Positions 9,140 to 18,494 of a stretch of 64,000 nt of DNA are shown here, piece after piece. Every line of letters starts with the position of its first letter. The first letter of the stretch is position 1. Source of the stretch: Spirochaetia bacterium (GTDB taxonomy: Bacteria; Spirochaetota; Spirochaetia; SZUA-6; Bin103); NCBI GenBank assembly GCA_965203515.1, contig OZ241907.1, positions 2,240,001 through 2,304,000 of the forward strand. Direction: 5' to 3'. A program made the position numbers and the translations under genes. The notes under the pieces were generated by a model. It had not been told where the DNA came from. It did not search any database and saw only the letters and a list, made by a program, of their open reading frames with translations.

Positions 9140-10267
9140 TCAGGCGATCCGGTAGCGTTCGATCCTCGATTCGTCGATCTCGATTCCCAGGCCGGGGCCC
9201 GGCGGTACGGACACCATGCCGTCGGCGTCGATGCCGATCGGCTCCGCGATGATGCCGTAGAGCTGCTGGAAGCTCTCTACCGTGCGGTACGGCGGGTCCA
9301 GCATGTACTCCACGTACGGGCTGTTGGGCAGCGTCGCGCAGAGCTGCAGGTGAGCCGCCAGGCCGATCCCGCAGGAGCCGTGATGCGGCACGAAGCGGCG
9401 CCCGGCGAGCTCCGCGGCCGCGGCGATCTTGCGCATCTGCGACAGCGACGCGCCGGCCGCGCAGTCGGGCTGCAGCACGTCGTACGCGCCGGCCCGAAGC
9501 AGCCGGGCGAAGGCTGCGGTGCCTCGGTCGCCTTCGCCGCCGGCGATCGCCAGCTCCGCCTCGCCGGTCAGGCGGGCGATGGCCGCGACGTCGCCGCGCG
9601 GCAGCGGCTCCTCCAGCCAGCCTGCGCCAAGCCGATGCAGCTCGCGCGCCGTCTGCCGCGCCCGATCGTAATCCCAGGCCGGCCGCGCCGCTCCGGGCGC
9701 TACCCCGCCGGCCAGGTTGGCGTCGACCAGGATCTCCATCGACTCCCCGACCCGTTCGCGGACCGCCTGCACCATGGCGATATCTTCGCGCATGGTAGGC
9801 CGTGCCGCGCGCAGCTTGATCGCCGTGAAGCCGGCCTCACGATAGCGCGCCGCGTCGTCGGCCAGATCGGCATCCGGCTTGCCGACCACCGGCGAGACGT
9901 ACGCCCGGATACGGTCCTGACACATTCCCCACAGACGCGCCAGCGGCTGGCCTGCCTCCTTGCCGAGCAGGTCGCACAGCGCTACGTCGACCGCCCACGC
10001 GCCGGCCGCCTCCACCGCCGGCGCGTGCGCCTGCAGGCGGGCGCTGTCGGCGCCCAGCAGGGCCGGCTCCACCGCGGCCACCGCGCCCCGGGCGTCGCCG
10101 CCCATCGCCCCGTAGCCGATGGCCCCCTCCGCGGTGCGCACCCTCACCAGCGTCAGCGTGCGCGACCGCTCCGCGTGCGGCGACCACGCCTTGCGGTACG
10201 GCCGCGGATGCGGGACTTCCAGCACGATCGGCTCGACAGCGGTTATCCTCATCGCGGCCGGCGCCAT
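9140..10267 (-). CDS. Mandelate racemase/muconate lactonising enzyme family protein
   Basis: VDVALCDLLGKEAGQPL, GFTAIKLR, LVDAN, WLEEP, GGE, PGLGIEID; start may be 10252. Confidence 0.9.
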   Translation of the reverse strand: MAPAAMRITAVEPIVLEVPHPRPYRKAWSPHAERSRTLTLVRVRTAEGAIGYGAMGGDARGAVAAVEPALLGADSARLQAHAPAVEAAGAWAVDVALCDLLGKEAGQPLARLWGMCQDRIRAYVSPVVGKPDADLADDAARYREAGFTAIKLRAARPTMREDIAMVQAVRERVGESMEILVDANLAGGVAPGAARPAWDYDRARQTARELHRLGAGWLEEPLPRGDVAAIARLTGEAELAIAGGEGDRGTAAFARLLRAGAYDVLQPDCAAGASLSQMRKIAAAAELAGRRFVPHHGSCGIGLAAHLQLCATLPNSPYVEYMLDPPYRTVESFQQLYGIIAEPIGIDADGMVSVPPGPGLGIEIDESRIERYRIA

Positions 10268-10343
10268 GGTAGCCGAACGCCGACGCCACTATCATGCGCG
10301 CGTCCCACCGAACGGTGACAGCGCCCAGGAAAGGAGACGAACG

Positions 10344-11420
10344 ATGGCAGAACCGAAAGCGAGCGGCATGGACCACCGGCCTGCGGGCGTGTACCGGCGC
10401 GCGGTCGAGCCGGGCGAGTTCCCGATCGCCGCCATCCACATGGCCCACAACCACCTGCGCTCGATGTGCGCGGCCCTGGCCGGCGCGGGCGCCGAGGTGC
10501 GGGTCGTCTACGACCGCGACCCGGCCAAGCTGGCGCTGCTCCGTGAGGACTTCCCGGACGCGCGGGTCGCCGCCAGCGAGCAGGAGGTGCTCGACGACCC
10601 GGACGTCAAGCTGGTCGCCGCCGCGGCGGTGCCGGCCGACCGCGGCGCCGTCGGCGAGCGGGTGATGCGCGCCGGCAAGGACTACTTCACCGACAAGTGT
10701 CCCTTCACGACCCTGGCGCAGCTCGAATCGGCCCGCGCGACGGCCGCCGCCACCGGCCGCAAGTTCATGGTCTACTACGGAGAGCGGCTCCACAACGAGG
10801 CGATCATCCGGGCCGGGCAGCTCATCCGCGACGGAGCGATCGGCCGCGTGATCCAGGTCGCCGGCTTCGGCCCGCACCGGCTGGAGGCGCACAAGCGGCC
10901 CGACTGGTTCTTTCGCCGCGAGCGGTACGGCGGGATCATCTGCGACCTGGGGTCGCATCAGGCCGACAAGTTCCTGCACTTCGCCGGCGCTGCGGGGGCG
11001 TGCGTGCTGTCCAGTTCGGTTGCCAACTACGGCAATCCCGAGCATCCGGAGCTGGAGGACTTCGGCCAAGCCACCCTGGCCGTCGACGGCGCCACCTGCT
11101 ACTTCCGCGTCGACTGGTTCACCCCCGACGGCCTGCGCGCCTGGGGCGACTCGCGGACGTTCGTGTTGGGCACCGAGGGCTATCTGGAGGCGCGTTCCTA
11201 CCTCGACGTGACGCGCGGCGACGCACCGGTGCTGAACCTGGTGGACGGCCGCGGCGAACGCTCGGTGGAAGTCGGCGCCAGCGGCTTTCCGTTCTTCGGC
11301 GACCTGATCCTGGACTGCCTGGAACGGACGGAGAACGCCATGACCCAGGAGCACGCCTTCCTGGCCGCCGAGCTCTGTCTGCGCGCGCAGGCGCAGGCCG
11401 AGGCGCTCACACCGCGCTGA
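10344..11420 (+). CDS. Gfo/Idh/MocA-family oxidoreductase
   Basis: AGKDYFTDKCP, GGIICDLGSHQ, GTEGYLE; AAGGAG RBS. Confidence 0.88.
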   Translation: MAEPKASGMDHRPAGVYRRAVEPGEFPIAAIHMAHNHLRSMCAALAGAGAEVRVVYDRDPAKLALLREDFPDARVAASEQEVLDDPDVKLVAAAAVPADRGAVGERVMRAGKDYFTDKCPFTTLAQLESARATAAATGRKFMVYYGERLHNEAIIRAGQLIRDGAIGRVIQVAGFGPHRLEAHKRPDWFFRRERYGGIICDLGSHQADKFLHFAGAAGACVLSSSVANYGNPEHPELEDFGQATLAVDGATCYFRVDWFTPDGLRAWGDSRTFVLGTEGYLEARSYLDVTRGDAPVLNLVDGRGERSVEVGASGFPFFGDLILDCLERTENAMTQEHAFLAAELCLRAQAQAEALTPR

Positions 11421-11440
11421 CGGCGGTCCGCAGGCGGCGT

Positions 11441-12412
11441 TCAGACGGTCCCGCGCGGATCGTTCAGCGCCGAGTCGGGCACTCCGCCTTCGAGCGCGGT
11501 GCGCACGCGCAACGCCGCCTTGGTCTTCAACTCCACCACCGATTCCTCCGTGTAGTAGGCGTGGTGGTCGGAAAGGATCACCGTGTCGAGCTCGCGCAGC
11601 GGACTGCCGGCGGCCAGCGGCTCGGTTTCGAACACGTCGAGCGCCGCGTAGCCGATCCGGCCCGCGCGCAACGCATCGGCCAGCGCACGCTCGTCGATGA
11701 TCCCGCCGCGCGCCGTGTTGACGATGATCGCCGTCGGCTTCATCGCCGCCAAGCGCGCCCGGTCGATCAGGCCTCGCGTCTCCGGCGTCAGCGGAGCGTG
11801 GATCGACACGTAGTCGGAGGCGGCCAGCAACTCGTCGACCCCCGCCGGCTGCGCCCCGGCGGCGCGCATCTCGGCCTCGTCGACGTACGGGTCGTACGCC
11901 AGCACCCGCGCCAGACCCAGGCCGGACAGCTTGCCGTGGAGGGCGCGCGCGATCGCCCCGTAGCCCAGCAGGCCGAAGGTCTTGCCCCGGATGCGGTAGG
12001 AGGGGCGATTGCGCCGGAACCCCCAGCCGCCGGCGCGGATGCCCCGATCGGTGTACGGGATCTTGCGGACGCAGGCCAGGAACAGGCCGAGCGCGTGATC
12101 GGACACGTCCTCGATGCCGTAGTCCGGCACCCGCGCCACCCAGATGCCGCGCTCGGTGGCCGCGGCGACGTCGACGTTGTCATAGCCGATCCCGTAGCGG
12201 CAGATGATCTTGCAGCGCCGCATCCCCTCGATGGTCGACCGCGGGATCGGCTCCAGATTGACGATCACCGCGTCCGCGTCGCGCACGCCGGCCGCAATCT
12301 CGTGCGGATCGGTCGATCGCGTCACCTCCAGGGCGGCGATCGGTCCCAGAATGTGCTCCTCTTCCTCGTATGCCTCGAACCGATCGTCGATGATCGCGAC
12401 GCGATAGCTCAC
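11441..12412 (-). CDS. D-isomer-specific 2-hydroxyacid dehydrogenase (CtBP-like)
   Basis: RYGIGYDNVD, GLLGYGAIA, HAPLTPET, NTARG, LDVFETEP. Confidence 0.92.
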   Translation of the reverse strand: MSYRVAIIDDRFEAYEEEEHILGPIAALEVTRSTDPHEIAAGVRDADAVIVNLEPIPRSTIEGMRRCKIICRYGIGYDNVDVAAATERGIWVARVPDYGIEDVSDHALGLFLACVRKIPYTDRGIRAGGWGFRRNRPSYRIRGKTFGLLGYGAIARALHGKLSGLGLARVLAYDPYVDEAEMRAAGAQPAGVDELLAASDYVSIHAPLTPETRGLIDRARLAAMKPTAIIVNTARGGIIDERALADALRAGRIGYAALDVFETEPLAAGSPLRELDTVILSDHHAYYTEESVVELKTKAALRVRTALEGGVPDSALNDPRGTV

Positions 12413-12474
12413 CGGTGCCTGCCCGGCACAAGCTTGGCATGGTCCGCGGGCGCCATCAACGGTATCTTCCCTGC

Positions 12475-12987
12475 ATGCTGACGGAAAGAATGAGCCGCGC
12501 GCTGAACGAGCAGCTCAACGCGGAGTTCGCCTCATCGTACGCCTACCTGAGTCTGGCGGCCCATTTCGGAGCCCAGAGCCTGCCGGGGCTCTCCCACTGG
12601 TTCCGCACGCACGCCGATGAGGAGCAGGCGCACGCGATGAAGATCTTCGACTACATCCTGACGCGGGGCGGCACGATCACGCTTGCGTCGGTGCCGGCCC
12701 CTCCGGCCCCGGCCGCATCGCCGCGTGAAGCGTTCGCCGACGCCTTCCGCGCCGAGTCGGAGGTATCCGCCGCGATCGATGCGCTCGTGGAGATCGCCGT
12801 GCAAGAGAAGGACCGCGCCACGCAGGTGTTCCTCGACTGGTTCGTGGCCGAGCAGGTCGAAGAGGAAGCGCTGTTCAGCGAGCTGCGCACGCAGATCGAA
12901 CGGATCGGCGACTCGGAGGTGGGGTTGTTCGTGTTCGACCAGAAGCTCGCCGAACGCACGCCCGATACCTCCGGCGCCGGAGCCTGA
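12475..12987 (+). CDS. Non-heme ferritin
   Basis: LNEQLNAEFASSYAYL, EEQAHAMK, FLDWFVAEQVEEE ferroxidase ligands. Confidence 0.92.
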   Translation: MLTERMSRALNEQLNAEFASSYAYLSLAAHFGAQSLPGLSHWFRTHADEEQAHAMKIFDYILTRGGTITLASVPAPPAPAASPREAFADAFRAESEVSAAIDALVEIAVQEKDRATQVFLDWFVAEQVEEEALFSELRTQIERIGDSEVGLFVFDQKLAERTPDTSGAGA

Positions 12988-12991
12988 CGCC

Positions 12992-14503
12992 CTGGTCGAT
13001 CTCGCCGTCGTCCACTACCACGTGTTGCCGGGCGGCGTTACCAGCGTCATCCGCGACGGCCTGCGCGCGATCATCCGCCATCGGCCGGGGTTGCTCCGTT
13101 CGATTCGCGTGATGGCCGGGCGGCCCGAAGGGATGGACGCCCTGCTTGCCTCGTTGCGGGAGGCGGTGGCGGACGCGCGCGCCGATACGGTCGTTGGGGC
13201 GACGGTCGACGCGCGCCTTGCCTACGGCCACCGGCGAGCGGCAGGCGGCGAATGGCGGTTTGACGAGATCGGCGGCCCGGATGCCGTCTGGTGGATACAC
13301 AACCATCACGTGGGCAAGAACCTGCCGTTCACCCGCGCGTTGCTGCGCGGCGCGGCGCACGGCGGCGCGCGCATGTTGCTGCAGATCCACGACTTTCCGG
13401 AGTGCGGCCGGATCGACGGATACGCCGCGGTGCGCGCCGCCGTGGACGGCGATCTGTACCCGTTCGGGCCGCACCTGCGCTACGCGGTCATCAACCGGCG
13501 CGACCATGCGGCGCTGGCGGCGGCCGGCGTTCCCGGCGCGTACCTGCACCTGCTGTGGAACCCGGTCGCGCCCAGCCCGATCGAACCGGGGTGCAAGCGG
13601 CTCGGGCGGCTGATGCCGGGCGGCGGCCGACTCTGGCTCTACCCGGTGCGCACCCGCCGGCGCAAGAACGTACTGGAGGCGGGACTGCTGGCGCGGATGG
13701 CCGGCGGCGCAACGGTGGGCGTCACGCTGCCGGCAAGCTCGGCGGCGGAAGCGGCCTACCATCGCCAAGCCTGCGCCCTGTTCCGCGACGGTACGCTGCC
13801 CGGACGGATCGGCTTCGGCGGGCAGCCGCGCTTCCGCTCCCGCTCGCTCGCCGAGCTGGCGGCCGGCGCCGACGCGATCGTGTCGAGCTCCATCGAGGAG
13901 GGCTTCGGGTACCAGTACCTGCACGCCCGCCAATGGGGCCTGCCGCTGATCGCGCGCGACGTCGATGCGATCGACGGGTTCCGCGACCTGCTCCCCGAAC
14001 CGTCCACCACGCTGTACGACCGGCTCGACTGCCCGCTGCCGCCCGCCGAGCGCCGGCACCTGACCGCACGGTACCGCGCGCGCCTGCGGCGCCTGCGGCC
14101 GTTCGTGCCGCCGGCGACCCTGCGAGACGCCGCCGGCCGGATCGACGCCGTCACCGGCGGGCCGCTGATCGACTACTCCTACCTCAGCGTCGAGCTGCAG
14201 CGGGCGGTAGCCGCCCGTTGCGCGTCGGCGGCGGAGCTGCGCCGCCTGCAAGATGCCAACGCCGGCCTGCTCGCGCGGCTGCGCGCCCTGCGTCCGGCGA
14301 CGGGGCCGGCGGCCAGGCCGCCGGCGGAGCCGAGCGACGATCCGCTGGAGCGGCGGTTCGGACCGGCCGCGTTCGCCGAGCGGGCGGAACGCGCGCTGTC
14401 GTGGCAGCCGGCGACCGCCGGCGCCGGCGTGGCGGACGCCGACTCGGTGGCCGCGCGCTTCGCCGCCGCACCCTATCAGCGCCTGCTGTTCGACCCGACG
14501 TGA
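12992..14503 (+). CDS. GT-B (GT4-like) glycosyltransferase; start approximate
   Basis: HYHVLPGGVTSVI, HNHHVGKN, QIHDFPE, YPVRTRRRKNVLE, SSIEEGFGYQY. Confidence 0.75.
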   Translation: MVDLAVVHYHVLPGGVTSVIRDGLRAIIRHRPGLLRSIRVMAGRPEGMDALLASLREAVADARADTVVGATVDARLAYGHRRAAGGEWRFDEIGGPDAVWWIHNHHVGKNLPFTRALLRGAAHGGARMLLQIHDFPECGRIDGYAAVRAAVDGDLYPFGPHLRYAVINRRDHAALAAAGVPGAYLHLLWNPVAPSPIEPGCKRLGRLMPGGGRLWLYPVRTRRRKNVLEAGLLARMAGGATVGVTLPASSAAEAAYHRQACALFRDGTLPGRIGFGGQPRFRSRSLAELAAGADAIVSSSIEEGFGYQYLHARQWGLPLIARDVDAIDGFRDLLPEPSTTLYDRLDCPLPPAERRHLTARYRARLRRLRPFVPPATLRDAAGRIDAVTGGPLIDYSYLSVELQRAVAARCASAAELRRLQDANAGLLARLRALRPATGPAARPPAEPSDDPLERRFGPAAFAERAERALSWQPATAGAGVADADSVAARFAAAPYQRLLFDPT

Positions 14504-14570
14504 AACGCCCGGTTTACGTGACACGACCCGATTTGGGTTCCGCGCCGCCCGGCCCTACCTTCATGGCCTG

Positions 14571-15743
14571 ATGGCCGCCCTTCCCCCGTTCGAGCTGATC
14601 CTGGGCCGGCTGCCGTCACTCCGGGAACGGGTCGCCGAGCAGCGCCACACCCTGCTGGCGGAGCTGGCGATGATCTCGGAGATCCCGGCGCCCACCTGCC
14701 ACGAGCAGCCGCGCGCCGAGTTCCTGCAGGAACGCTTCGGCCAGTTCGGGCTGGCCGACGTGGTGCAGGACGATCTGGGCAACGTCGCCGCCGTCCACCC
14801 GGGGACCGAGGGCGACGGCGCCATCCTGCTGGTCGCCCATCTGGACACCCTGTTCCCGGAGGGGACCGAGCACGTCACCGAGGTGCGGCGCGATCGCGTG
14901 GTGGGGCCGTCGGTCGCCGACGACTCGCTGGGGCTGGCGATGCTGGCGACCCTCCCGCACGTGCTGGAGCGCTTGAAGCTGGCCCTCCGCTCCGATCTCA
15001 TACTCCTCGGCACGACCCGCTCGCTCGGCCGCGGCAACCTTGCCGGCTTGCGCTTCTTCCTGGAACACACCCGCCTGCCGATCCGCACCGCGGTCTGCGT
15101 GGAAGGGGCGCCCCTCGGCCGCCTGAGCCACACCTCGATCGGCATGATCCGCGGCGACGTGGTCTGCCGCATCCCCGACCAGCACGACTGGACCCGATTC
15201 GGCGCGGCGAGCGCGATCGTGACCGTCAATGAGGTGATCAACCGCGTCCTGGCGATCCCGCTGCCGCGCCGCCCGCGCTCCACCGTGGTGCTGGGCGAGG
15301 TTCGGGGCGGAACCGCCGCGCACACGGTGGCGACCCGCGCGACGCTCCGCTTCGAGGCGCGCAGCGAATCGGGACAGGTCGTCGGCTCGCTGCTGCACAC
15401 CATCGGCAGGATCGCGCAACAGGTCGCCGCGCAGAGCGGGGAGGACGTCGAGCTGGAGATCGTCGCCCGGCGCCATCCCGGCGGCATCGGCCTCGATCAC
15501 CCGCTGGTCGACCGCTCGCGCCGGATCATGCGCCGCTTGGGGCTGTCGCCCCGCATGACGCCCAGCACCTCCGAGCTGGCGGCGCTGATCGACCGGCGGG
15601 TGCCGGCGATCACCATCGGCATCACCGAGAGCGCGCACACCGGAGAAGCGAACGAGACGGTCTACCTCGCACCGATGGCGACCGGTATCACACAGCTTCT
15701 GGGCATCCTGCTGGCGATCGACGGCGGCTACTGTGCGGAGTGA
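14571..15743 (+). CDS. M20/M28-family metallopeptidase-like protein
   Basis: EIPAPT.HE..RA, LVAHLDT, GPSVADD. Confidence 0.8.
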   Translation: MAALPPFELILGRLPSLRERVAEQRHTLLAELAMISEIPAPTCHEQPRAEFLQERFGQFGLADVVQDDLGNVAAVHPGTEGDGAILLVAHLDTLFPEGTEHVTEVRRDRVVGPSVADDSLGLAMLATLPHVLERLKLALRSDLILLGTTRSLGRGNLAGLRFFLEHTRLPIRTAVCVEGAPLGRLSHTSIGMIRGDVVCRIPDQHDWTRFGAASAIVTVNEVINRVLAIPLPRRPRSTVVLGEVRGGTAAHTVATRATLRFEARSESGQVVGSLLHTIGRIAQQVAAQSGEDVELEIVARRHPGGIGLDHPLVDRSRRIMRRLGLSPRMTPSTSELAALIDRRVPAITIGITESAHTGEANETVYLAPMATGITQLLGILLAIDGGYCAE

Positions 15744-16770
15744 AGCCCGGGCGGGCGAGGCGCGCGGCGCCGCCTGGTTGCAGCGCAACACCTATCACCA
15801 TTCCGACTTCGACGACCTGGCCGGGCTGGTAGCGGCCAAGCAGCGGCTGGGCGTCTCGATCTCGCTCTGCATCCCGGCACTGAACGAGGCTCCCACCATC
15901 GGCAAGGAGATCGTCATCTTCCGTTCGGAGTTGATGCACCGGTATCCGCTGCTGGATGAGATCGCGGTGCTCGACTCCGGCTCTACGGACGCCACGCGTG
16001 AGGTCGCCCGCGACTTCGGCGCCGACGTCTACCTGGCCGACGACATCCTGCCGCACCTGCCGCGGCACCGCGGCAAGGGCGAGAACCTGTGGAAGGCGAT
16101 CTACCAGCTTCGGGGCGACATCATCGTCTACATCGACGCCGACATCCGCAACATCCATCCCCGCTTCGTGTACGGCCTGGTCGGTCCGCTGCTGGCGCGT
16201 CCGGAGATCGGCTACGTCAAGGCGTTCTACGAACGCCCGATGGCGATGGCCACAGAGACGCGGCCCACCGGCGGCGGCCGGGTCACCGAGATCCTGGTGC
16301 GTCCGCTCCTTTCGCTCTTCTTCCCGGAGCTGGCCACGATCATCCAGCCGTTGTCGGGCGAGTACGCGGCGCGCCGCGACGTGCTGGAACGCCTGCAGTT
16401 CCCGATCGGGTACGGCGTCGAGACCTCGCACCTGATCGACGTCCACCACCGGCACGGACTCGAGGCGATCGCGCAGACCGACCTGGACCGGCGCGTGCAC
16501 TACAACCAGGACACGCAGGCGCTGGGCAAGATGGCGTTCCGCATCCTGCAGGCGTTCCTGCGGCGAGCGACCGCCCAGGGCGCGATCGGCGCGATACCGC
16601 GCCTCGGCACGGCGCTGCACCAATTCCGGCCGCGCGACCTGGACTACGAGCACGTCGTGAGCGAAATCGAAGAGATCGAACGCCCGCCGATGATCGAGCT
16701 GCCCGAGTACCGCGAACGGCGCGCCGAGCTGTCCGGGACCGAGCTACAGGGCGGAGACCGCGCCGGCTGA
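15733..16770 (+). CDS. gpgS: Glucosyl-3-phosphoglycerate synthase
   Basis: CIPALNE, DSGSTD, GKGENLW, YIDAD, GGGRVTEILVRP, QPLSGEYA, GYGVE. Confidence 0.85.
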   Translation: MRSEARAGEARGAAWLQRNTYHHSDFDDLAGLVAAKQRLGVSISLCIPALNEAPTIGKEIVIFRSELMHRYPLLDEIAVLDSGSTDATREVARDFGADVYLADDILPHLPRHRGKGENLWKAIYQLRGDIIVYIDADIRNIHPRFVYGLVGPLLARPEIGYVKAFYERPMAMATETRPTGGGRVTEILVRPLLSLFFPELATIIQPLSGEYAARRDVLERLQFPIGYGVETSHLIDVHHRHGLEAIAQTDLDRRVHYNQDTQALGKMAFRILQAFLRRATAQGAIGAIPRLGTALHQFRPRDLDYEHVVSEIEEIERPPMIELPEYRERRAELSGTELQGGDRAG

Positions 16771-16850
16771 CATCCGCAAACGCCGGGCGCCGGCGGGACG
16801 CGCAGCCCGCGCCGGGGTATCTTGAACCTTGCGGTATCGTTACCGGCGCC

Positions 16851-18446
16851 ATGCGCAAGTTCAACACCGAAGGCCCCGTCGTCGCCGCCGACCACTACCT
16901 CGTCCCGCCGCTGCAGCGGGTGAATCTCGGCGAGGTGCTGGACCTGGTCAGGGACAAGCGCTACTTCGTGCTGCACGCGCCCCGGCAGACCGGCAAGACG
17001 TCGCTCCTCCTGGCGCTGCGCGACCTGCTCAACAGCGGCGCCGAGGGCCGCTTCCGTTGCGTGTACGTCAACGTCGAAGGCGCGCAGGCGGCCCGGGAAG
17101 ACGTGGCCCGCGCCATCCGCGCCGTCATGAGCCGACTGGCCTCCCGGGCGCGGCGGGTGGGCGACGAGTTCCCGGACCGGGTCTGGGCGGACCTCCTGGC
17201 GAAGTGCGGACCGGACGACGCGCTCGCCGAACTGTTGACGCAATGGAGCTTGGCGGACCCGCGCCCCCTGGTGCTGTTGATCGACGAGATCGACGTGCTG
17301 ATCGGCGACGCGCTGCTGGCGGTGCTGCGCCAGTTGCGGGCCGGCTACGACGAGCGCCCGTCCGGCTTTCCGCAGAGTATCGCGCTGTGCGGCGTGCGCG
17401 ACGTGCGGGACTACCGCATCCACGCCGGCCCGGCCAACGAGGAGATAGCCGGCGGCAGCCCGTTCAACGTCAAGGCGGCGTCGTTGCGCCTGGGGGATTT
17501 TACCCGGACCGAGGTCCGCGCCCTGCTCGCGCAGCACACCGCGGAGACCGGGCAGCCGTTCACGCCGGAGGCGCTCGCTGCGGTATGGAATCAGACCTGC
17601 GGGCAGCCGTGGCTGGTGAACGCACTCTGCCGCCGCGCCTGCTTCGACGCCGAGAGCGGTCGCGACCGCGCGCGGGGCATCACGCGCGATGCCATCCTCG
17701 CCGCCCAGGAGCACCTGATCGTGAGCCGTCAGACCCACCTCGACCAACTTGCCGACAAGCTGCAGGAAGAACGCGTGCGGCGCGTGGTCGAGCCGCTGCT
17801 GAGCGGCGCCGCCGAGAGCGCGTTCACGGCGCGCGACCTGGTGTACGTCCGCGACCTGGGTCTGGTCGCCCCGGAGGAAGCGCCGCGCATCGCCAACCCG
17901 ATCTACGCGGAGGTGGTGCCGCGGGAGCTCACCTGCGCGGCGCAGGCGGGCCTGGTGCAGGAAACCGCCTGGTACGTCGACGGCGCGGGCCGGCTGGAGG
18001 TCGACAAGCTGCTCGCCAACTTCCAGCAGTTCTTCCGCGAGCACTCCGAACATTGGGTGGCCCGCTTCGACTACGCCGAAGCGGGGCCGCAGCTCCTGTT
18101 GCAGGCATTCCTGCAGCGCATCGTGAACGGCGGCGGCCGCATCGAGCGGGAGTACGGCCTGGGCCGCGGCCGCACCGACCTGCTCATCATCTGGCCGCGC
18201 GGCGGCGGAGCGCCGCCGCCCGCCGCGGACCGCTTCGTGGTCGAGTGCAAGGTGCTGCGCGGCAGCCTGCAGCGGACGGTGGCGGAGGGTCTGGAACAGA
18301 CCGCCGGCTACCTGGACCGCTGCGCCGCGCAGGCCGGCCATCTGGTGGTCTTCGACCGCACCGCCGGGAAGCGCTGGGCGGACAAGCTCTTTCGCCGCAT
18401 GGAACACGCCGGCGACGGCCGCGCCATCACCGTTTGGGGAATGTAG
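16851..18446 (+). CDS. AAA-like ATPase with C-terminal PD-(D/E)xK-type nuclease domain
   Basis: MRKFNTEGP, HAPRQTGKTS, LLIDEID; C-terminal EREYGLGRGRTDL...VVECK. Confidence 0.85.
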   Translation: MRKFNTEGPVVAADHYLVPPLQRVNLGEVLDLVRDKRYFVLHAPRQTGKTSLLLALRDLLNSGAEGRFRCVYVNVEGAQAAREDVARAIRAVMSRLASRARRVGDEFPDRVWADLLAKCGPDDALAELLTQWSLADPRPLVLLIDEIDVLIGDALLAVLRQLRAGYDERPSGFPQSIALCGVRDVRDYRIHAGPANEEIAGGSPFNVKAASLRLGDFTRTEVRALLAQHTAETGQPFTPEALAAVWNQTCGQPWLVNALCRRACFDAESGRDRARGITRDAILAAQEHLIVSRQTHLDQLADKLQEERVRRVVEPLLSGAAESAFTARDLVYVRDLGLVAPEEAPRIANPIYAEVVPRELTCAAQAGLVQETAWYVDGAGRLEVDKLLANFQQFFREHSEHWVARFDYAEAGPQLLLQAFLQRIVNGGGRIEREYGLGRGRTDLLIIWPRGGGAPPPAADRFVVECKVLRGSLQRTVAEGLEQTAGYLDRCAAQAGHLVVFDRTAGKRWADKLFRRMEHAGDGRAITVWGM

Positions 18447-18494
18447 TCCCTTGGGCAGACAGGGCACCGGCGCAGGCAGTCCGGCCGGGACAAG

